A DNA stretch of 64,000 bases from NCBI GenBank assembly GCA_030141605.1, contig JAQGDQ010000320.1:62001-126000 (forward strand). Direction: 5' to 3'. The stretch comes from Tubiluchus corallicola. Its lineage: Eukaryota > Animalia > Priapulida. A program made the position numbers and the translations under genes. The notes beneath the pieces are model-generated. The model had not been told where the DNA came from. It saw nothing but the letters and a program-made list of their open reading frames with translations, and searched no databases. This document shows positions 1 to 33,144 of this stretch, in pieces (within the stretch, counting starts at the first letter, position 1; each line of letters opens with the position of its first letter).

Positions 1-1
1 A

Positions 2-1211
2 GTAGGTGCACCAGGTCCACAAGGAATGAAAGGAGAACAAGGTGACGATGGAATGCCAGGTTTTACGGGACCTAAAGGAGATCCTGGGGCAAGAGGACGA
101 AAAGGCGATAAAGGCCATCCTGGAGATTCTGGCCAGCCAGGAAGCCCTGGTGAAGCAGGCCCAGTAGGCGCAACAGGTGAACAAGGAATAAAAGGAGAAC
201 AAGGTGACGATGGAATGCCAGGTTTTACGGGACCTAAAGGAGATCCTGGGGCAAGAGGACGAAAAGGCGATAAAGGCCATCCTGGAGATTCTGGCCAGCC
301 AGGAAGCCCTGGTGAAGCAGGCCCAGTAGGCGCAACAGGAGCACAAGGAATGAAAGGAGAACAAGGTGACGATGGAATGCCAGGTTTTACGGGACCTAAA
401 GGAGATCCTGGGTCAAGAGGACCAAAAGGAGATAGAGGTCGTCCTGGATTTTCTGCCCTGAAAGGAAGCCGTGGTGTAGCAGGCCCAGTAGGCGAACCTG
501 GAACACCTGGCTTGAATGGTCTTGATGGAAAAGATGGTTTACCAGGACAACCTGGTTCACCAGGTACAAAGGGACTTAAAGGAGAACCAGGAGCACCAGG
601 GGTGCCTGGTGCAGATGGAAGGCATGGATCTCAAGGAGTACAGGGGGTTCCTGGACAGAAGGGCAAAGATGGCGAACCAGGCAAACCAGGCGTACGGGGA
701 CACCAAGGCAATCCTGGCAGACCAGGTATAGCGGGACATCCAGGAAAGCCAGGTATTCAAGGCATGCCTGGCAAAGAAGGAAAAAAGGGAAGTCCTGGGC
801 AAAAAGGGCGTCCTGGTGATAAAGGTGATCCCGGAAAACCTGGACTGCCAGGAATTAGTGGAAAGCCAGGACAGCCTGGTATAGCTGGCAAACAAGGTGA
901 ATCTGGCATACCAGGTGTTCCAGGAAAAGATGGTGCTCCTGGGCCTCAAGGCAAGATTGGTCCACCAGGAGCTGATGGCACACCTGGTGCAGATGGTACA
1001 CCCGGCTTAGATGGACTACCAGGTAAAGAAGGTAGTGATGGTGTACCTGGTTTTCATGGTAGTCCAGGTGGAAAGGGGGATAAAGGTGAGAAAGGTCACC
1101 CCGGTGAACCGGGTGCACCCGGGCATGCAGGCCCGCCAGGTTTACCTGGCCCACCAGGCACACCAGGTCCACCTGGGCCACAAGGTATTCAAGGACTTCC
1201 AGGAACATACG
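2..1211 (+). CDS. Collagen triple-helix exon (3' part of gene; 5' end outside window)
   Basis: About 400 codons of Gly-X-Y from base 2, with one Gly->Ala imperfection (GFS-ALK-GSR, 455-457). Consensus donor G|GTGAGT at 1211/1212. The next acceptor (ttccttgtag, 1400) gives G|GC TAA, a stop at 1403-1405. Unspliced read-through ends at 1261 with GECFCQNYGCYSVFFY*. Confidence 0.9.
18..420 (+). repeat. 162-bp (54-codon) near-identical tandem repeat inside the collagen exon
   Basis: The (M/I)KGEQGDDGMPGFTGPKGDPG unit starts at 26, 188 and 350; copies are almost identical at the nucleotide level. Confidence 0.9.
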
Positions 1212-2073
1212 GTGAGTGCTTTTGTCAAAATTACGGTTGCTATTCTGTCTTTTTTTACTAAATTGCTTGAATTGTAGCAAAAATGCTGTCGGCTATTACA
1301 ACTGAACTTTGAAAACATGTGTCATATGAAAAGTTGATAAAGGAAATGAGTATCATGGTGTTGGAAAAATTTTGTAAGTCATTTCATTCATTCCTTGTAG
1401 GCTAACTCTTGAACAGTAAGCAGGAAAAGATGGATGCAGCCATGCTACAAACGAAATCGATTTCAACTCCAAAGGCGTAGACTGCTGGTTATGTAACGGT
1501 TATACAATTATTATAAAACGTCCGAAAACATACGGAAATTTAATTTGCTTCAGTAGACGTGTGAACTGGTTTAACTACAATTTGTTGGTCTATGATCACT
1601 AGCTTATCATAACTGAAAAAGTAGGTTGCAGTCACCTCACCTGTCACCTGGTTCTTTTTAGATTAAAGAGCAGCACTGCTGCAGCAGCAATGCACCTCTA
1701 CGAGTCATATGATAACTGAGAAAGAAAGGAAGCAATGCACCAAGTGAACAAAAGGAAAGCGATTTTCGTAAAGGCTCATTGCTGCTCAGAATGACATTTA
1801 CTCACTTTTTCATCCATTCCTTTAATCAATCCTTTCTTGTAGTTTCATTCACATATCAAAATTTGAAAGCAGAAATGCATTACCTTAATCAGTAAGATTC
1901 TTCTCCGGCTTGCATAGTGTAATAATTACGAAGAAAATAACAGTATTATCTTATTAAATGCCGACTTTATTCATTATTTAAAGTTGGTGTATATAGGCCC
2001 TATTTATTTAGGTAGACTTCATGAAGCACTTGGCATAAGTTTGTTTTGACGTTACTGAATTTTATTTAATATA

Positions 2074-2501
2074 CCGTATATACTCGCATATAAGCCTACA
2101 TCGCATATAAGCCGACCCCCTAAAAGTGCTTTAAAATGGCCAGTTTTTGCAAAAACCCGTATATAAGCCGACCATCAACTTGTCTAATTTTACTCCACAC
2201 CCAATCAACAAAATTGATCCCTTTTTGTCACATTTTGTTAATTGGGTATTTTTGGTTCATAGAAATTTTTTACTATAAAGATGTAAAATGCTTACTTTTA
2301 TGTTACATACTAGAAGAAATTATACATTGGGTGACACACAACCAAATAAAGAGTCAGATAGCGATGAAAATGTGTGGCTGGAAAATTGGCATTAGTGTCT
2401 GTCCTTGTGTTCATTTTGTTTCATGCGCATATAAGCCGACCCCCTGATTTCAGTATTGTATTTTATAGTTCTAAAATCGGCTTATATGCGAGTATATACG
2501 G
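2074..2501. mobile_element. Tc1/mariner-superfamily (Tc2/pogo-like) MITE
   Basis: Perfect TIR CCGTATATACTCGCATATAAGCC / GGCTTATATGCGAGTATATACGG, flanked by TA on both sides; internal TATAAGCCGAC subterminal repeats. Confidence 0.85.
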
Positions 2502-2825
2502 TATACCTTATTATTTAGTTATTTATTTAAATTTTTCGTAAATATAATTTATTATTGGTAAATTAAGTAAATATAAATAATTATAATAATATTAATAATA
2601 GTTTAGCAAAAAATAAAAATAAATAATTGTTGTGGGGTTGAATTATTATTTTTGTTTGGATCTTAATTGTTCTTGGCAATTGGTGAAACTACGTGCCAAA
2701 TTAGGAATAATATTAATAAAAACATGGCTTTTTAGGCTTATATAATAAGCGATATTAACAATACTTGCAACATAACGGCATAAATATGCAAAGATTCTTC
2801 TAGTTAATTAACAATGAAATGTTAT

Positions 2826-3235
2826 CAGTTTTGTTCCGATCACAAAAAACCCATCCGATCCGATACCTTATTATTAACACTTGTGTTCACAATTGGAATA
2901 TTGGGGGTATCTTTTAAAATTGGAGTTGTTCACCTGTTTTTATGTCTAAATCTTTTTGCTACTAATGCTGAATATTGTATGTACTTTATCAAGTAATTAC
3001 ACAATGGGAAACCTTCGCAGTTTGTTTTGAAATGTGTGTACGCATGTGAATTCCTCGTGTTGGCGCATTTGTACGATAACTTTCTTTTATAATTTAAAAT
3101 TTACTACAGTGAAGACAGCACCTCCACTGAATGTCGTGTCACGGTCGAACCAGTGTTGTGCCGATCATGAAACAAAAGCAACGATCCGAACCGATACCGA
3201 TTACATTGGAAACTGATCTATCGGAACAACACCTA
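2826..3235. mobile_element. Degenerate hAT-like MITE
   Basis: Imperfect ends ttgttccgat / atcggaacaacaccta, with subterminal CCGAT(A/C)C repeats; TSD not clear. Confidence 0.4.
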
Positions 3236-3693
3236 GTGCTGTATAGATAAGCAGACGGAATGTCAAATTTCAGAGGCACTGAAAATAGACATCAATTTTT
3301 AAAAAACCTTCTTGACTTAATGCAAATATGTGTCTTTCTGTTGTCTCGTCAAAACAGTTCCGATGATTTTATTCCTACTACCTAATTGTACTCAGCCATT
3401 TTAGAATTCACAATCTATTTTGTTATTCGAGTTTATATCAGAATAACCTAGCACATTATAACAAGATCGCGGTGAAATTGTCTGGAACGATCTGTCTACA
3501 TGTAATTGCATCCAGGTATAATTATAGTATGTTTCCTTTGACATTTATGATTGAATTCGATAAGTCTTGGAATTTCAGTTTTTATTTTCACCAAAATGCT
3601 CATAACATTGAAAAAGCTCATAACAGTATAACTATATCAAAAGATGCAGTTGTTAATACTTTTATGCTGTTTTTATGATCTGATATAGGTCAG

Positions 3694-4342
3694 TCATAAT
3701 CTAGTTGGAAACCATCCACAGATTGAAATGGTCTCGCCAGTCATGTAGCTTGCATCTTGTGTGCAAAGAAAAGACGCCATGCCAGCTACCTCCTCTATTT
3801 TTCCAACCCGTCCAAGTGGACATAAGGTCTTGTATTTGTCCGTAAAATCTGGACAAAACTGTGGCAACATCGAACTCGCTGGTGTCTCAATTAAACCAGG
3901 CGTTATCGCATTCAGTCGTATGCCTTTTTCAGCACACTGTGGCGCCATCGCTTGAACCAAACCCAAAATGGCTGTTTTTGTCAGCGAGTACAAGGCAGTG
4001 CCGGGCAACATCTCACATCCAGCCACCGCATGCGTGATACCCAAAGACTGAAGTGATGAAAATGATGCTACCACCTCCTCTCCTCTCTATACTGGCACTG
4101 GCAGCTTTTGCGATAAAAAATCCCGACTTCAAGGTAAATTTCATCATGGATCGATCAGTGATTTCCAATCGCTTTCTTTCGTGACGTCACACACTGTTCC
4201 GCTAACTGTCAGCCATTCGCTTTTCAGCGCTTCAACAGTCTTATCAACGTTCTCTTTTGATCGACTACTGATCATTACGCTGGCGCCATCTTGTGCTAGT
4301 CGTTTTGCAATGCCAAGGTTTTTTACTTGAAAGCCCAGCCAT
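3694..4342 (-). pseudogene. Intronless DHRS4/DHRS2-like short-chain dehydrogenase/reductase pseudogene
   Basis: Minus strand reads MAGLSSKK / LGIAKRLAQDGASVMISSRSKENVDKTVEALK...TVCDV...LIDP* / ...RGGGSIIFITSVFGY / ...YSLTKTAILGL...GIRLNAITPGLIET...PLGRVG...SFLCTQDASYMTGETI...PTRL*. YxxxK catalytic motif and PTS1-like C-terminus (TRL) are present. The Gly-rich cofactor motif and the NAA segment are missing, and there are frameshifts and stops; no introns. Confidence 0.85.
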
Positions 4343-4537
4343 TTTCAACTCTACGTGCTAATGCAAATACATTCTGCATGTGGCTAAAATCTCAGAGTAT
4401 GCATATTGAGACGAACTTTTACTTAGCTAATAAACAGGGCAAGTAATGATAAATATTTGAGGTATTATTTAAAAGTTTGGTGCATGTAGGCCTATATGCT
4501 GCCATGCTATTGCCATCTCACTCTCCCCCTTCTCCCC

Positions 4538-4636
4538 CGTCTATCTGTGTGTCTGCTGTCTACCTAACTGTCTGCCTTTCCATCTATCTGTCTGTCTGTC
4601 TGTCTGTCTTTCTATCTATCTATGTATCTATCTATT
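4538..4636. repeat. (TCTG)n/(TCTA)n microsatellite
   Basis: Directly visible tetranucleotide repeats. Confidence 0.8.
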
Positions 4637-6732
4637 TAAGATTATTTTTTATTTCTGTTCTGCTACAATCATTATCTTGGTAATGAGCCCTGGTGTTGAA
4701 AGCTCATAAATTGTGCCGAAACGTATAAAAAATCATGTCTGTCTATGGAAAAATCTCCCAATTCTCATAGTCGAAAACACGTGAAGTGGGGCTGGCACGC
4801 GGGCAGGTGGGACAGTTGGATGGACAGATGGGAGGTATGCTCGGACTAACAGAATTGACAAACGCACTTATATTATCAACCATCATCTTGATCATCGGCC
4901 TCATCGTCATCATGAACATCTTATCTTCTTCAATATTGTCATCGTTATCTTCATTGTCGTCGATGTCATCATCATCATCCTCTATATGGTCAAGATATTT
5001 TTTACAGTCTTCAAGTCTCGCCACCAACATTCAAGATAGTAGTAATACATGTACTTAGTTCACACGGTCCTTCAAAAGAACGACATTCAAGACACTGAAC
5101 TCTGTCCACATGATCAGTTTTCCCTGACAGTTACTTTGCACATAGATATTTGTTGAAGGGGCTTACTCTAATTTCTCTTCATTTCTGAAATAGTGTCAAA
5201 CGGCTTGTATGAAAACGAGCTTAGTTTTAGCGTGTGTGTTGCAAAAGGAAAGTGGCATCAAGGAAAAAAGAAGTTCCGCAAAGAAATGAAACAAGAAGTT
5301 ATCAAATATTTCGGCAATTAAAAGCAGAAGCATAAATTTTTAAATTATATTTAGCGGTTGCTGCATAGTAGTTGCGATGTTGAGATCAGCTGCAGGCAGA
5401 CTGCCTTTCCACCCCATTAGCTACACCACTGCCAATTCTAGCTCATGATCCTGCATCTAGGTCAAAACAATATTTTGTTTTTCCCAGCCATTTTTAGTAT
5501 CGATTCTGCAATGGTAGTATGGTCTGGTATATAATTATGAAAATATGATCATATATAATTTCTATAAAAATTTATAGTACCTAATAAATGTCTTACTTCT
5601 TTGATAGTTGTAAGGGCATGTAATTTTTTAATATCACTTTTGGGTGTTCTGGTGAAATTCCATCTTTAATCAGCACCTGTCGTAAATATTCTACTTGGTC
5701 TTAAAAAAATCGCATTTTTAGGCTTGCAAATTAAATTATCCCGCCGCAATTTTTCCGAAGTAACCCTAAAATCTTCTAAATATATCTGGCAATTAATAAA
5801 TCATGCACGTAAGCACATAAAATTTTCCTATTATTGTTCTCTTCAACCCAAAGCCAATTTCTATGCGAAAGCATTAAAATAAAAGGGACTAGCTGTATAA
5901 CGGATGGTAATCTCAAATATCCGAGGAACAGACACAAATAAATTGTTTAGAATCTTCTGTTAATTTTATTTGTCAAAATTAGGGTCATTCGTGGTTAGGC
6001 ATATAACCTTGGCAGTACATTGATGAGCATGTATTTAACAATATATAAAGGGCTTATATAGTTTAGGGAATTAAATTTGATAGCAAATACTGTTTGAAAT
6101 TATTAAAAGTTAAAAACAATTCGTTGTACAAGAAAGTATTTTAATTGCTCCCATTAAAAGAGGTGGTGCAGAACGTAATCAGTTTTTGATTATTGAAATC
6201 TTAAATTTTGAAATTTTATTACAGAATCATTTTCTCTGAAAATAACCAGCTTTTGCCCTCAAAAGGTTCAATTATTTTTTCCTGGGAGAGCAACCGCCCC
6301 CCCCCTGACACCCGGCCCCATACGCCTGTATGGTGGTGCCCTTAAATTATTTAAAATGAATTACGTACATCACAGCTAAATTTTTCTTTTTTATAATGCT
6401 TTATAAAGTACTATTGTAATCACACTAAATAGCAGCCGAGCCAAATAATAATAAAGTTTAGTTTCTCTGTTTCTATTCACGATCAGCAACAAAAGTTTAA
6501 AATGAAGCTCAGTCAATAAACTGCATAACACTATGTACTAGAGCAAGCGAAAACAAGTTTCTGGTACTGCTTATCGTAGATATTGTCCTTTAATTGTATA
6601 TATCTAATCAAAATATTTCAATATTTATTTTTAAAAAAATAAGTGCCAAGTTTTTTTCGAGATATCTGTTTTCAACTGTTTTGCTACGCAAATAGCCATA
6701 CTATGTATTGGAAACCTCTGCTTAGCTTCAGT

Positions 6733-7137
6733 TGAACTATGAATTATTTCACACATCAAAAAATGCAATATCAAACACATTAATGAACTTTAAATAAAAT
6801 AATTTGAGTAGTGCGAGGTGAGTGTACGACCATACGGTCATTAACCCACTTACCTTACTTAAATGAAAAAATGATTATAGTTATGCATGCTTCTGTAGAT
6901 AACTTAATGTAAATAAGAATGAAGTAAATGATGTAATAATTTGAGTAGTGTGAGGTGAATGACCATTCAGTCATTAACACACTCACCTTACTTAAATGAA
7001 AAAATGATTATAGTTATGCATGCTTCTGTAGATAACTTAATGTAAACAAGGATGAAGTAAATGATGTAATAATAGCAATGGTATAAGAGCAATAAACCTG
7101 AAAGTTGAGAAAGGAAAACATAATATGTAATTACGAC
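6733..7137 (-). mobile_element. 3' end of a non-LTR retrotransposon/SINE family, with internal ~135-bp duplication
   Basis: Reverse complement of the copy at ~35546-35800; contains hairpin AGGTGAGTGT...ACACTCACCT; segment starting aataatttgagtagtg occurs at 6798 and 6935. Confidence 0.6.
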
Positions 7138-8868
7138 TTTGAGTGAACCTTAAAGAGTGAAAAAAAATTTTGTAAATAGTTACGAATATGAATTATGTGA
7201 TTATCTGTCTTGTTTGTGCACAAAACCTGCAAAAATCTTCATAAAAAATTTTGAACTCAGTCACCAGTGATAACAAAGCCATCCCAGATGATAGTAGATA
7301 TATAATATTATATTGTCTTTACTTGCCAAATTTATATTTACATGTCATACATGATACAAAAATCACAGATAACATGGCAGTTATTTTCTAAAGAAAAATA
7401 TGATGATGGTAATAGCTTTATAAATTAAAAAAACTTCCTTTGACAAAAATACATGTTCTCTATGTCTGTAAAGAAAGATGAACAAATGAGGCTCTATACA
7501 AGGAAAGAAAGGAGTGAGGTCATTCAGAATTATCGGGTTAGATGGATTGGACATTGGACATATCATTAGAAGCCGTGGGATTCTTCAGTTAGTATAGACA
7601 GCACTGCACAGACTTACCTGTTTGGACATGTCATCAGATTGCCACAGGATTCTCCAGTTAATAAATCACAACATGGAGGTAATACCTGGGAAGAAGCCAA
7701 GAGGAGTACAACTGATCGTATATCTGATGGTCATGATGATGATGATAGTGATGATGTTGATGGATGATTATGAGGTCCTGACATAGAGTGCTTAGTGTTT
7801 ATTGAGCAACTGTTGTACTGAGGACAGGTTTTTTTTTCATTTTAGAATTTGGTCTGCATAACATCCGCAAGAGATGTAATGGGTATTCGATGGTGGAGGG
7901 TAATAATTTTAATTTTTTTTTTGCATAATAAGTTGTGTGTTGTAAAAAATTTAAATTTGTTTTACTAGCTTTAAAGGTTGCAGTTGGCATTTCACCTTTG
8001 AACTTTAGATTGTCTCAATTCACTATCGCTGTGCTTAACTTGGGTTAAATATAAGCATATCTGTTATAGTTCTGTTGCCAGATATACTTTATAATTCTCA
8101 GCGCAATACTGTCAGTCGCATAGTAATACCGATAAGGAGCCTTTTCGTAAGATGTGCTGACCCTTGTGAGTGCGAATCCTTCTCGTTGGAAAGTGGCGGC
8201 TTGGATGCAGAGTTAGTCTGTATTTGGTGCAACAGTGAGGTTTAAAAAACATTGTTATTTGTTTGTTATTTGTAAAGGTTTTTTTAATAAACCAATCCGC
8301 GTGAAATTGTGAGGTCAAATTTTTACACGTTTTATTTTTGCTTGTTTTTGGTTTTGTAAGCAAGAAATAAAATGTGTATGCTTTTACTTTGAAATATTTA
8401 CATAAAGCTAAGTTGGTTATAACCAACTTAGCTTTATGTAAATATTTCAAAGTAAAAGCATACATATATATATTAATTCTTTATTGTCATTAAAATGGTT
8501 CACTCATTATAATAAAATTGAGTAAGCCTCAGCGTAATGTTAAAATAACAACACTGTTCAAGACAAATGCTTCCAGTGCATACTAAAAAAAACTAAAGTG
8601 CAAAACTAAGGCCTAATTATATAGATATTGTTGTAATAACGTACTTGCGCGATGTGTAATAACAATTACAAAGTCGTGAATTTTTGCACCTGAATAAACA
8701 ACATGTTCCAGTGCATGCTCTTGTAATCTGTTAGCACACAAATGTTCTTGCTAATCCAAACTCGAGTTTTGATATTCTCATTAAATTTCAGATGAATAAT
8801 TATGGGGGCACATGTTTGGTGTTTGAGTGCCATTGGGGTGGCACACTGCTGTACTGTAAGCTTGCACT

Positions 8869-29259
<20,391 letters not shown>

Positions 29260-30146
29260 CCGCCTAGAAGATAGTTGTAAATTGCAACAAGAGTAATTAT
29301 AGTTAAAACAACATAACTTTACGCTTAAAACTTTTACTTTGCAAAGCTAAAATCATGCAGACTACTGCTGTCATCATCAGTGGTAAATTTACAAACATAC
29401 AACCAGTCTATATAGGCAGAGCTCATTATGAACTAATTAAGTAGTTAATAGAAGCCAAATAGGTAGTGACTAAGCAGACCAGTACATACAGTAACTTATG
29501 CACTAATTATGTATTTACAGAAGCCAAATAGTGCCTGTAATAAAAATTGACTAAGACAAAATTAGTTGTAGAGATGATTGAACCAGTTCAGTCAAACCGT
29601 ATGCAAGCGTTGAACCAGTTCAGTCAAACCGTATGCAAGCAAGGAGAGAAGTTCGTATGCTTGCATGCAATTAGTCTGACGTTCTGATTAGACTAGCTTT
29701 CATACCCAAATATTTGTCTTTGGTAACTCACTTGTTGAACCAATATTTGAGTATTGCATGTATATATGTTAATGCTTGCTTATCTCGGTATTTAAGCAGT
29801 GGGCAGCTGGTAGAAATGTGAGTGGTAAAAGTGTTACGCCTCGCTGAGTTGAGTATTTTGGAACTGTTGGATGTACGTACCATATATGTGTGCCTGAATA
29901 TGTGTGCTTGCACAGCAAAAACGTCCAAAAGTCGGCATTTAAGCTTTTTTGGTTATTCACGTATCCCGAACTCTTCATTTCATGAGGATTGTTCTCGTAC
30001 CCTGTTCACTTTAAGTCATTTCTAATCTGAGATAATCTACACTGAACTTGAGTTGGCTGCACACTGAAAAAAATAATCTTGAGAGAACCACTGTTAAAGT
30101 TTGTCATTAGTTTTTTGTTGCACTTCTACAAAAACACTTAGCAACT

Positions 30147-30406
30147 GCACGAAAGTGGTTGCTATGGACTTTACAGTAGCACGAAAGTGGTTGCTATGGA
30201 CTTTACAGTAGCACGAAAGTGGTTGCTATGGACTTTACAGTAGCACGAAAGTGGTTGCTATGGACTTTACAGTAGCGCGAAAGTGGTTGCTATGGACTTT
30301 ACAGTAGCACGAAAGTGGTTGCTATGGACTTTACAGTAGCACGAAAGTGGTTGCTATGGACTTTACAGTAGCACGAAAGTGGTTGCTATGGACTTTACAG
30401 TAGCAC
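30147..30406. repeat. 32-bp minisatellite x8
   Basis: Unit GCACGAAAGTGGTTGCTATGGACTTTACAGTA, near-perfect. Confidence 0.95.
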
Positions 30407-31507
30407 ATTGAAGTTATTTTTAAATCCAGTAGATGGCTCTTCTAAACAAAGATCTGGGAGTTGGCAATAGAAAAAACTGCAAGCAAAACAGTGCTTCCAC
30501 GAGTTTTTGACAAAGACAATATCAGGCTGAGAAGTGGGTAAGGAGTTTCTAAACACTTTCCTGATGCTTTGATGCTGGAATATAAAAGTCCAATATATTT
30601 AGCATTTTGTAAAAAACTGATATTTGACCCAGTTTTTGAATCCTTCTACTTTGAAGCTTCGTAACTATGCGGACTGTTTTGGCTTGCAAGCATACATATA
30701 TCATCATAACTGTCAGTTGCCAGAACTTTTTCGTTCAAGTGCCAATTTTTTTACCGGGCCACTTGGGCTTTTTTGCAAGCTGCAATCCATTACTTAGCCT
30801 GTTTACTGCTGCCAAAATTGAATGGTTCGTAACCTCATTAACAATGCCTTATCGACAGAGGTCTGTTAATCTTGTTTGGAGGATACATCTTCCTCTAATA
30901 ATGAAAATAGTTGGAATCAACTTGACAGATGAAAAGACACTCAAAGGCAATTTTCCATATGGCCACCCATCCATTTATTAACCAGGTTCAACGGTGCTTA
31001 ACTTTCACAGTGCAAGTCGCGCCCACTCAGTTACTTCCTTGGGACTGATGTGTATTGGGTCACCAAAAGTCAATTGTTTGGCCTATTTTGTCAATGTGTG
31101 CGTGCGTGCGTGTGCGTGCATGTGTGTATATAAAAGACGCACATTGAGACAAAAGTCATCGTAAAAATCAGCTACCACCAGACTTCCTGCACACGAATGA
31201 AAACGTGCGTTTGTATTTTAATTATAATCGTGTTTCTGCAGAAATTGTGTAAATGCTGTAATTCGCACAAATTGTGAATTTACATAGATGCCACAAAACT
31301 GTTTACTTTCACATACTGTGACCTATTTTTAGATGGAGTTTATCAGATGGTGCTATATTAAAAAACATTATATTTAACGTGTTAACATTTTTGCTATAGT
31401 CCACCAGTCGGCACTAGTGGCTTATTTTTGTTCTTGAGCATTTGCAAAATTGTGATATTGTTTACTTGAGTACGGTATACTTTTCAGCTTATAGAGTTGT
31501 ATTAGGT

Positions 31508-32045
31508 CATGGGTTCCCAACCTTGGGGTCGCAACTCCAGCTGGGGTCGCCAAGCATTTTTCGTGGGTCCCGGGCTAATCTAAAAACAGTTTTTAAAAAG
31601 TGCTATTTTCATGAAAGTATGTAACTAGGGTCTTCTTTCCTCAGCCTCTCTTTACATCAGTTTGTTCTGGAAAATGAAAGTGGGTTATCCTGCTCTAAAT
31701 GCGGTATACCAGTGCTTGACTTTGCGGGAAAATGAAAATGCGCGTTGTTCCATGCTGTACACTTGTGTACGGTGTACACCGCCCGAAAGTGTGACGCTTG
31801 TGTACAGTGTACACCGCCCGAAAGTGTGTCGCTATTCATTTTACCTGGACGCTGAAAAATGGGCACAATCATGACATTAATGAATTAATGAAATAATCAC
31901 TCATTGTTCAATAATTTGTTGAATAGTAAGTTAAAATTAATAAATGCGAACAATAGAACAATAATGATGTTTAATAGTGTAACATGTGATTATGTTCTTT
32001 GTGGGGTCGCGATACGATGCAGGGTTCTGGAAAGGGGAATCACTG
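31508..32045. mobile_element. hAT (Charlie-like) MITE
   Basis: Ends CATGGGTTCCCAACC / GGGGAATCACTG, subterminal GGGGTCGC repeats, TSD TATTAGGT/TACTAGGT. Confidence 0.7.
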
Positions 32046-32144
32046 TACTAGGTGATTAGTGGTGCTGTAATTGTTAGCTGATAAAGGGTGCATATGAGAC
32101 TAATGTAGTTACATTCTTATTTTGTAATTAACCAAAGTGTAAAC

Positions 32145-32549
32145 CAGGGGTGTGCAAATTATCTGACTAGCTGGGCCACATTAAACTTTCCCGCAGTTCC
32201 TGTGGGCCGCATGCAGTCTGGTCAAGGAGCCAAGTACAGTAGGACCTGATAACGATTTTTCTGCATCTGATCTGTCACATCATTACTACTACACTCAAGA
32301 AACTATTTTAGAAGTTATTAAAATTTATATTACAAACCATATATTTCCTCATGCCTGACAGTGACATTAAGTGACAACGGTCTTGTAAGGGTTAATGCCA
32401 TCCGATCTAGAGCAAAAACTACCCGCACTATCTTTGCGATATTGGCGCGGACTTCAGCTGAATTGCGTGGGCCGCACTTTCATTACGTTCACAAACCTCT
32501 TCGCGGGCCGCACAAGATCTCTCGGCGGGCCGCAGTTTGCACACCCCTG
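32145..32549 (+). mobile_element. hAT MITE family A, copy 5
   Basis: TIR CAGGGGTGTGCAAA; TSD GTGTAAAC/GTGTAAAG. Confidence 0.9.
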
Positions 32550-32976
32550 GTGTAAAGTATTGGCGAGTGTCGCATACACCCAAAATCAATATATTTCCTG
32601 CGCTTCGGGCACTTTTCGGAGGATACACCTTGTGATAGTTTCACTGTGTTCATGCACAGAATGACGTCTTGTGCATAAACAAAACCGTAAGTAAACAATT
32701 TATTGTCATTATAGCATAATACGTACAATGAAACTTGCGTCGCTTTACGTACTGCAATGGCTTACGGAAACAACAAGGAGATTTACACAAATAATTCAAT
32801 CAGTTGTACAGTGACAAAGAATCAGTATTGGAGATTTACTGAAATTTACTATTGATGGTGTGAATTACAGCGCGATGGAAAAAATTTAAAGTTGTTGTGA
32901 TTTTAGCGTTAATTGAGCGGTATCTACCACCAAAGGGGAGAATTTATTACCTGGATGAAATTGATCTTTCATCATA

Positions 32977-33144
32977 ACTTGCTCTCTCTTTGCAACCATG
33001 GCTTCATACGTATGGCTGTCAGTCATGCACACTTGCTCTCTCTTTGCAACCATGGCTTCATACGTATGGCTGTCAGTCATGCACACTTGCTCTCTCTTTG
33101 CAACCATGGCTTCATACGCATGGCTGTCAGTCATGCACACTTGC
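32977..33144. repeat. 54-bp tandem repeat x3
   Basis: Unit ACTTGCTCTCTCTTTGCAACCATGGCTTCATACGTATGGCTGTCAGTCATGCAC. Confidence 0.95.

Noticed and set aside
516-1280. Overlapping and antisense ORFs in the collagen exon, and in the RFX terminal exon (54246-56557)
   Set aside because: Shadow frames from biased codon use; no independent signals.
3694-4074. Functional 126-aa SDR protein
   Set aside because: The ORF start is in the wrong frame relative to upstream homology and the cofactor-binding fold is deleted.
30147-30406. CRISPR-like 32-bp repeats
   Set aside because: Units are head-to-tail with no unique spacers, no cas genes, eukaryotic context; the same holds for the other arrays.
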